A DNA stretch of 63,181 nucleotides, counting the filler, from Octopus bimaculoides (taxonomy: Eukaryota), in the NCBI RefSeq assembly GCF_001194135.2. It is 6 parts of 6 records of this genome, joined end to end, with 100 filler letters (N's around TTAATTAATTAA, not from the genome) between each part and the next. Parts side by side here need not be neighbours in the genome. Positions count along the whole stretch, not along the records: positions 53,617 to 55,790 come from NC_069006.1; positions 55,891 to 63,181 come from NC_069002.1; 4 more parts are not named here. The stretch is one strand, 5' to 3'. The first letter of the stretch is position 1. Each line of letters opens with the position of its first letter. Shown one piece after another: positions 55,118 to 63,181 of the stretch. Below the pieces are notes generated by a model. That model had not been told where the DNA came from and made no database searches. It was given only the letters and a program-made list of their open reading frames with translations. The position numbers and the translations under genes are program-made.

Positions 55118-55325
55118 AGACGAGCAGCTGGCAGAACCATTAGCATTCCCGGCAAAATGCTTAGCGGCATTTCGCCCGTCTTTACGTTCTGAGTTCTAAT
55201 TCTTCCGGGACCGACTTTCGGGGTCAATAAAAAAAGTACCAGTTGAACTCTGGGGTCGGGTCGATGTAATAGACTAACCCCTTCCCCCGAAACTTCTGGC
55301 CTTGCATCAAAATTTGAAGCCAATA
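55118..55325 (+). mobile_element. SINE family C
   Basis: gagcagctggcagaaccattagc...gttctgagttctaattc...gggtcaataaaaaaagtaccag. Confidence 0.85.
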
Positions 55326-55732
55326 TTTATGATATAAGCACAAGCAAGTATTGACTGGGTCGATTTTGTAAACCATTCACCCAAAATATGTGTGATTTTG
55401 TTCCAATTTTAGAAATCAATATTAGTAAATCATAATTGTTTGCAATAAATACATTAATTAACGTTTAAAGATTAATTGCAGTACATTAGGAAGTGTATCG
55501 TGTAGGAAAAAAAATGGAAATTTTTTTTGAAGTACACAAGGGACACAAATGATATCAGCTTTAAATAAGTAGCTTTTAATAAGAGTTAAGGAGAAAAAAC
55601 GGTGTGAATCGCTTATTTATTATCATTTTTAAAACTTTTTATTTTTAAATATATTTGTTTTAATATTTAAAGAGAGGCATACGTTTTACCGCAGAATGGA
55701 AATTAAAACACGCACATAGACCACACGTATGC

Positions 55733-55790
<58 letters not shown>

Positions 55791-55890
55791 NNNNNNNNNN
55801 NNNNNNNNNNNNNNNNNNNNNNNNNNNNNNNNNNTTAATTAATTAANNNNNNNNNNNNNNNNNNNNNNNNNNNNNNNNNNNNNNNNNNNN

Positions 55891-55923
<33 letters not shown>

Positions 55924-56277
55924 TTATATTTATATATACACCAATATATATATATATGTATATATATGTACACATATATTTGAAGAAAAGCAACAAAAAT
56001 TCATTAGGTTATAGCAGTATGTACATTTCGTACAAACTTCATTTATTTATGTAATGAGATTTGATTACATGTATGATTTCAATTATACTTGCAGGATATC
56101 AGTTCTTATGCATCAATTTCTGAATGAAGCCATTAAATATCACTGAATTATATTGTATCAGCAAATTTCATCCAAATTCATGCAGTAGTTTTATTACTAC
56201 TGGTTAAACTGTATTTCATGAAAATCTCTAGTTTCCAACAGCATTGTGAGAAAGCAATACACGACTTGAAAACTTAC

Positions 56278-56392
56278 GAACATCTTAATGTATAATTTAT
56301 GTTTTCGGTTTCCATGGTTGAATGGTGAGACAAAACTTGAAGCAGTTATCTTTGGTTGACAGCAGCTACATGGATTGGTCATTCTGTGATAT
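56278..56392 (-). CDS. Putative 115-nt exon of the minus-strand gene (start-codon exon METENINYTLRC, or internal phase 2-0 exon YHRMTNPCSCCQP...)
   Basis: Strong acceptor ttatttttgtttctttatttaaag|ATATC and consensus donor GTTC|gtaagt. ACCATGG at 56315 has in-frame upstream stops; a second frame is fully open. Confidence 0.5.
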
Positions 56393-56574
56393 CTTTAAAT
56401 AAAGAAACAAAAATAAATTCAGTGAATTTGGGAGGGCAAACACAACAACAAAAGATGCATATCTATATCTCTCTCAGCGTGATCAGATACTGTTACACAT
56501 CACTGATCACAATGTGCTTTGATTTGTTTTAGCCATCAAAGGATGCCACCCTGCTGGTTAGGCGAGCAAGCCAA

Positions 56575-56700
56575 CACTGCCAGGTCAAAAGAGGACTGGA
56601 GCAACATGAAATGAAGTGTTTTGCTCAAGAACACAAAGTGTGGGAATTGAGCCTGCGATCGTGAGTGCAACAGCCTAACCACTAGGCCACACACAAGCAC
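56575..56700 (-). mobile_element. SINE family B head fragment
   Basis: gactggagcaacatgaaatgaagtgttttgctcaagaacac...ctaaccactaggccac. Confidence 0.7.
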
Positions 56701-56831
56701 ATATAGTGTTCTGTTCTCTGATAGTAAGATCAACAAAAAAAGTACTCCATCTGGTGAGAGATACATTATTTAATGTTTTCATGTGCTGAGAACAGGCCAA
56801 ATATTGTTTTATAACATGTCTGGTGTCCCAT

Positions 56832-56903
<72 letters not shown>

Positions 56904-57061
56904 NNNNNNNNNNNNNNNNNNNNNNNNNNNNNNNNNNNNNNNNNNNNNNNNNNNNNNNNNNNNNNNNNNNNNNNNNNNNNNNNNNNNNNNNNNNNNNNNN
57001 NNNNNNNNNNNNNNNNNNNNNNNNNNNNNNNNNNNNNNNNNNNNNNNNNNNNNNNNNNNNN

Positions 57062-57270
57062 TTATTCTTTTACTTGTTTCAGTCATTTGACTGCGACCAT
57101 GCTGGAGCACCGCCTTTAATCGAACAAATCGACCCCAGGACTTATTCTTTGTAAGCCTAGTACTTATTCTGTCAGTCTCTTTTGCCAAACTGCTAAGTTA
57201 CGGGGACGTAAACACATCAGCATCGGTTGTCAAGTGATATTGGGGGACAAACACAGACACACACATATAT
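57062..57270 (-). mobile_element. SINE family A 3' half
   Basis: Close reverse complement of 59155-59363. Confidence 0.9.
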
Positions 57271-57284
57271 ATATATACATATTT

Positions 57285-57490
57285 GGCAGAGTTTCTAAAG
57301 CTGGATGCCCTTCCTAGCGCCAACCACTCCGAGAGTGTAGTGGATGCTTTTACGTGCCACCAGCACGAAGGCCAGTCAGGCGGTACTGGCAACGACCACG
57401 CTCAAAATGGTGTATTTTACGTACCACCTGCACAGGAGCCAGTCTAGCGGCACTGGCAATGACCTTGCTCGAATGTCTTTTCACGTGCCA
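57285..57490 (-). mobile_element. SINE family D (Meta-domain-like) fragment
   Basis: Minus strand GGTTGGCGCTAGGAAGGGCATCCAGC resembles the MetaSINE core; second copy at 62995. Confidence 0.7.
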
Positions 57491-57788
57491 TAATATTTGA
57501 CATCTGAATGTTAAATGGTTAAGCTTGTAATCTTATTCTTCTTCCCTCCACCTTTCAAGCCATTTCAATGCGACTGACTGTGATGACTCATTATTAATAG
57601 AATGAGCTCCGGTGTCTGGGCAGGGTCATTTTAGTGTATCATTTTACAACATGACACCACAATACTATTAAGTGAATGTAATGAGGGTAACTTTGACATA
57701 GTTAATCAGCTTGCTAGAGATAGCAGCCACATCTTCCACAAATATAACAATACCCTAGCACTGCAAACAAGAGATGGTTACATTAGAG

Positions 57789-58034
57789 CAGTGGTTCTCA
57801 ACCAGGGTTCATATGACCTTTGAAGGTCAATATAAGGTTTTGTTGTTAAAATCTATCTGTAATAAATTTGTTATACTTCTAGATTTTAATACTTTTTTTT
57901 AATGCAATTCTAATAATATTTAATCATAAATGTATAATAGGAATTTTTTAAACATTGAACGGCTTTGCGGGTCCATTTGAGTAAAATAAGAATCAAAGGG
58001 GTCTATAGACAAATAAAATTGTAGGCAACCACTG
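57789..58034. mobile_element. hAT (Charlie-like) MITE, 246 bp
   Basis: TIRs CAGTGGTTCTCAAC / GTAGGCAACCACTG. 8-bp TSD CATTAGAG (57781-57788) / CATTAGAC (58035-58042). Confidence 0.85.
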
Positions 58035-58458
58035 CATTAGACAATAGTTTTAGCTGTAGTCCTGAAAAGGGAAGATGGTTACAGTTGGTACATCTTTAGT
58101 CATAGACTGATCAGAGAGAGGGGGGAGCTAAACAACCACAAGGCACCAGTGATAGGGTACAAACTGAGGACTAACTAAGGACACCAATATCATATACATG
58201 GTTCCCCAGCATGATCGCAGCCCTTGGGCTGAAACTAAAAGTGATGGATTTAGATATGATGATGGGGGGTAGTGGAGGTTGGTGGTGGTGCTCTTCATGA
58301 GGATGGTGAGTGGTGGTGGTAGTGTCGGTGATGATGGTCATGCCTTAATTTTCAAAATCAGTTGCACCAAAAAGGTAAAAACAAAAACAATAAAAGACCT
58401 CCAAAAATAAGGCAACAAACAAATAAAATCAGATAGAAACCTGTCCCATTTTTCCTAC

Positions 58459-58882
58459 CATATATCTGCAATCATTTTGTCTTCAAGGAATCAGCTCTGG
58501 GATGGCATCGAGTTTGAGGCGAGGAAGTTGAAGAAGCTTTAAAATATAAAAACAGATGATATTAATACGTTTTTCTAGATTTTGTGTGTGTGATACTAAC
58601 ATACCTCTTATAGTACTAGAAATTAATACTGTTATATATCGCAATAATATTGGAGGAATTTCAACCATGCTTCGTGGTCTGCTACCACAACAGCTCCTTT
58701 ATAGGATCCAGTTAGCTCAAGACATCATCAGGAGGAACCACGTCCGGTTTCGGCCCCTACTCCTCTACCGTTTTGACGTGGCGGGGCCACCCCCTTTCAG
58801 AGGTGTCTTCAGCTCTGGTGTTGGGTGCATGTCTTCTTTCACTGTTTGTGACTGTTCTAATTCAACTGTGGAATGTCCCTCG
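58459..58882 (-). CDS. Two candidate exons, 58882-58769 (EGHSTVELEQSQTVKEDMHPTPELK...) and 58536-58459; coding status unclear
   Basis: GC-richer island in AT-rich DNA. Acceptors aaccatag| and tgtttttatattttaaag|; donors CG|gtagag and ATG|gtagga. The second exon has stops in all three frames. Confidence 0.25.
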
Positions 58883-59154
58883 CTATGGTTATTTTATACT
58901 AATATAAAACAGAGACATATAACAGGAACATGATAGTCAATTTGTGTATATGTGTATTTAAGTCTACAAATATATTAGATCTTAATTGTGGTTTTATGTT
59001 GGCAGGCAAATGTAAATTGATCTAATGACATACTTTTTCAAATGCAAATGCAGCAGACATAAGCAAAACTATATGCACTTCCCTCCTCCACCAATGATGC
59101 ATTGATAACTCTCACTATTTCTGCTTATAATTGCATATGTGCATGCATATATGT

Positions 59155-59470
59155 GTGTGTGTCTGTGTTTGTCCCTCCAACATCGCTTGACAACCGATGG
59201 TGGTGTGTTTACGTCCCCGTAACTTAGCGGTTTGGCAATAAGAGACCGATAGAATAAGTACTAGGCTTACAAAGAATAAGTCCTGGGGTCAATTTGCTCG
59301 ACTAAAGGCGGTGCTCCAGCATGGCCACAGTTAAATGACTGAAACAAGTAAAAGAGTAAAGAGGGCAACAAGTTGGCAGAATCATTAGGGAGTTGGAAAA
59401 GAATTCTTTGCAGCATTTGAGCATTTGTCTTCTTTATATTCTGAGTTCAAATCCTACCAAGTTCAAGAGC
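59155..59470 (+). mobile_element. SINE A 3' half (59155-59363) followed by a degenerate SINE C head
   Basis: Family A tail ending GACTGAAACAAGTAAAAGAG, then gttggcagaatcattag...ctgagttcaaatcc. Confidence 0.85.
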
Positions 59471-60011
59471 AATAAAACTGAAACATATTGAATGTGTGTG
59501 CATGCATATGTATTTATAAGTGTGTGTTTACATATGTATTACACATAGGCATGTGTGTGTGTGCATACATCTGCATCGGAATCAGTCTCTGAATGAGTGT
59601 GTGTATGTATGCATGCAGAATAAGTCTCTGAATGAGTGTGTGCGCACACATGTAAAAATACACATGAATGCAACAGTATATACAACAGTATATGCAACAG
59701 TTACTCTAATGAGTTCTGAGCTTTTCAATAGCTGTTTTCAAACTGAAATTCTGTGGTTTAGAAGGATGCTCATAAAGCAAAAGATTTTTTTCTTACAAGT
59801 AGACAAATAAAAAAGGAAAATAGAAAATAAAAGATAGAAAATACAAAATAAAAAATATAAAAATTAATATAAAAATTAATATAAAAATGACATAAAAAAT
59901 AATAAAAGAATACAAAAAATAAATACAACAGCATGCATGAAAAAAAAGAAAAGAAAAAAGAAAAAGGTGTTCTTTTTCCTTTTTTTCCATCATTTTTTTG
60001 CTCTTTGTCCC

Positions 60012-60353
60012 TGGCCTGTGAGATCCCCAGACCTCAACACGTGTGATTTTTTTCTAGTAGGGATATGTAAAAGATCGCGTTTATGTTGCATCGCTACCCA
60101 CAAACCTCAATGACCTTAAGCATTGAATAACAACAGAGATCAACTCAGTGGATTGTGATATGCTGATATGCATCGGGGAGGAATTCTCTTATTGCATTGA
60201 TGTCGCCCATGTTGCAGGTGGTGGCCACAATGAACACTTGTAAGAGAGGAAATTAAAGATGATTGTGAGTAAATACTTGTGACTTAGCTGGAGTTTTCTA
60301 TTGCTTTTCCTTATTGCGTAATGAAATCAGTTAAATCTTTTAGAATAACCCTG
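60012..60353 (+). pseudogene. Tc1/mariner transposase C-terminus plus right TIR
   Basis: WPVRSPDLNTCDFFL(W)GYVKDRVY...HL-stop (60241-60243) matches the WPxxSPDLxPxDFFLWG motif. Ends ...agaataaccctg, a CAGGG-type TIR. One frameshift and one stop. Confidence 0.85.
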
Positions 60354-60881
60354 TGTATATATAAATTTTATATATACACAAAAACGCCATGAAAAAAACC
60401 GTTGAATAAAGGGAAGTTACTCCAACAGGTGTGCAGAAAGTAAGACTTCGTTCATAGAATCTGCATATACACACATATACATATATGTACACATGCACAC
60501 ACATGTGTATATATATAAATATATATATATACATACTCTCATATACATATACACACGCACACATATATATATCTATATACATGTAAACATACACACATAT
60601 ATATACCTGCATACACGCATACGCAGCCATACACACACGTATATGTACCCATGCACACATCATTGTGTTCATGTACACATATCTATACACACATGCACAT
60701 ACATACATGGATATACAAAACACTGCATATGCATATATATGTACAAGTATACACACACACATACATATAAATACGTTGTCAACATCATCCTCGCGTAGAT
60801 ATATAGACGTTTATACAAATAAAAACACATACGCTAAAACATAAACCCTAACCACATTCACATGTAAGAGTGTGTATGCAT

Positions 60882-61052
60882 GTAATAACCTGCTCGGGTT
60901 GTGGACATCACTATATAGGGCAGACGAGTATGACATTGAGATGGAGAACCGCTCTACTTGAAGAGCCGATCTGGTTCCTGCAATAAAGACAGGTTCCTTT
61001 AAGTGAACACATAGAGAGATGTGCAGGTAACATCAAACCAAATTTCACAGTC
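60882..61052 (+). pseudogene. Penelope-like GIY-YIG endonuclease remnant (CxxC-YIG type)
   Basis: VITCSGCGHHYIGQTSMTLRWR...PLSEHIERC (YIG 60912-60920); one in-frame stop. Confidence 0.8.
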
Positions 61053-61636
61053 AGATACCCTTCTTGTCACCAATTCTCACCTGTTTCCCCGACATGGTTT
61101 TCAGGGAAGTTTGGAACTGAACATTCCTTTTATAGCAATGATGCTTGTATGCAAGCGTCACATGATGTTGAGATGACAAAGGTACACACACATACAAATT
61201 TATATATATNNNNNNNNNNNNNNNNNNNNNNNNNNNNNNNNNNNNNNNNNNNNNNNNNNNNNNNNNNNNNNNNNNNNNNNNNNNNNNNNNNNNNNNNNNN
61301 NNNNNNNNNNNNNNNNNNNNNNNNNNNNNNNNNNNNNNNNNNNNNNNNNNNNNNNNNNNNNNNNNNNNNNNNNNNNNNNNNNNNNNNNNNNNNNNNNNNN
61401 NNNNNNNNNNNNNNNNNNNNNNNNNNNNNNNNNNNNNNNNNNNNNNNNNNNNNNNNNNNNNNNNNNNNNNNNNNNNNNNNNNNNNNNNNNNNNNNNNNNN
61501 NNNNNNNNNNNNNNNNNNNNNNNNNNNNNNNNNNNNNNNNNNNNNNNNNNNNNNNNNNNNNNNNNNNNNNNNNNNNNNNNNNNNNNNNNNNNNNNNNNNN
61601 NNNNNNNNNNNNNNNNNNNNNNNNNNNNNNNNNNNN

Positions 61637-61669
<33 letters not shown>

Positions 61670-62714
61670 TTCAGTTGAATTAGCCACTTAAATTGAGACA
61701 CCTCCTTAGTTCAGTATAATCTGCACAGCCCACACACACACACACACACACACATTGCATTCATTGACAAATGTCCCCCTCTCTCTCTTCCTTTCGTTCT
61801 CACCCACATACACATTGCTCTCCTTTCACTTCTGTTACAAACCCCCCACCTCTTTTTATCATGCACACACACACACACACTCTTGGACTCTATTTTTCAA
61901 GCATTAACAGATAAACTTTCAGTTTGTCTTTCTTATTTCTCAGACACCGACACACAGCCACATATGCATACCAACACACACATACCCCACTCTCTCCTTC
62001 CACTCAATCTCCTTTTCACACTAACTTTCCCACCCCACTCACTCTTCCTCACACACACACACACATGTGGACAACTTTTCTCCTTCCCCTCCTGCTCTTT
62101 TCTACCTCCCCCCTACATTCATTCAATGAAACAAAAGTAAAACAGTAAAAAATCCTCAAAAACAAATCAATAATAAAACACATTTGCATTAGTATTTTTC
62201 TGAGAAAACTGTCAACAGTTACAGAGTAATCTGACATAAAAAAAAAAGTGGAACAAGGAAGATAAACAACAACAATAGCAAATAAAATAACAATAACAAT
62301 TTATCTTGGCAGAACAAATGGGAGAACTTGAACAGGATTGCTTGGATTTGAAAATAACAGCTAAACCACCGCTGAATTTTCAAACTGCTATATTATATAA
62401 TGTGATTCTAGCTCAATGACATTGAACAATTTTAACCCATTATGTTGAGATTGTAAGGTCTTTGATAATATTGTCATTGAAATGTTGCTTGTGTTTCAGT
62501 TTTAGGTGAATGCTTATACAAATGTCTTACTCATTTATTCCTAAATCAGAGATGATAAAGTTTTGTGTATGCGCCATTGAAAGGACCCAAAAGCACTGAA
62601 ATGTGTATGGCATCTTGCAGTCCAGTGCTGGAAAGAATTTACATCTTGCTCTAATATTTACTGTGTTTTTCACACAAGTCCGTAACGGATGTTATTTCAG
62701 AATAAACATCACAA

Positions 62715-62930
62715 AGGCAGTGAGCGGGCAGAAACGTTACCGTGCCGGGCGAAATGCTTAGTGGTATTTCATTCGTCTTTACGTTCTGAGTTCAAATTCT
62801 GGCAAGGTCGACTTTGCCTTTCATCCTTTTGGGGTCAATAAATTAAGCACCAGTTGTGCACTGGGGTCGATCTAATCAACTGGCCCCCTCCCCAAAAATG
62901 TTGGGCCTTGTGCCTAGAGTAGAAAAGAAT
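62715..62930 (+). mobile_element. SINE family C, full length
   Basis: Family C head, core and tail gggccttgtgcctagagtagaaaag. Confidence 0.9.
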
Positions 62931-62994
62931 AAATATCACAGTAACTGGCCTATGCACACACATATATATATGTATGTGTATATATATATATCAT

Positions 62995-63181
62995 CATCAT
63001 CGTTTAACGTCCGCTTTCCATGCTAGCATGGGTTGGACGATTTGACTGAGGACTGGTGAAACCGGATGGCAACACCAGGCTCCAGTCTGATTTGGCAGAG
63101 TTTCTACAGCTGGATGCCCTTCCTAACGCCAACCACTCAGAGAGTGTAGTGGGTGCTTTTACGTGTCACCCGCACGAAAAC
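62995..63181 (-). mobile_element. SINE family D (Meta-domain-like), cut by the window end
   Basis: GGTTGGCGTTAGGAAGGGCATCCAGCTGTAGAAAC core and tail ...GGACGTTAAACGATGATGATG. Confidence 0.8.

Noticed and set aside
63046-63065. CTGAGGA...GAAAC hammerhead-like string
   Set aside because: No stem II; it is part of the SINE D tail on the opposite strand.

Overview
This is eukaryotic, AT-rich, repeat-saturated genomic DNA from a draft short-read assembly, with 13 ordinary N gaps and 5 artificial 44N-TTAATTAATTAA-44N joins. The SINE families and microsatellite load point to an octopod cephalopod (Octopus-like); this is inferred from recalled repeat families, not a search. Nearly all entries in the ORF track are microsatellite or N-gap artefacts. 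The one well-supported host coding feature is a 1646-nt minus-strand exon (39949-38304, clean AG/GT ends) encoding an S/P-rich, polyQ/polyH protein segment that I cannot name. Most of the window is probably intronic to this gene, and several small candidate exons are phase-compatible with it. The rest is transposon debris: at least four tRNA-derived SINE families (my labels A-D); Penelope-like RT and GIY-YIG remnants plus a degenerate hammerhead-like motif; R4/Dong and Tx1/L1 LINE 3' ends; a Tc1/mariner C-terminus; a hAT MITE with TSD; a palindromic foldback element; and a bipartite non-autonomous RTE whose 5' region is homologous to the body of one SINE subfamily. I found no CRISPR array, rRNA, intact tRNA or intact transposon ORF, and no convincing wholly new system. 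The best leads are the RTE-SINE modular relationship, SINE inverted repeats around the big exon (dsRNA editing or circRNA), the foldback element and the hammerhead-like motif. Repeat boundaries are by eye (about +/-10-20 nt).
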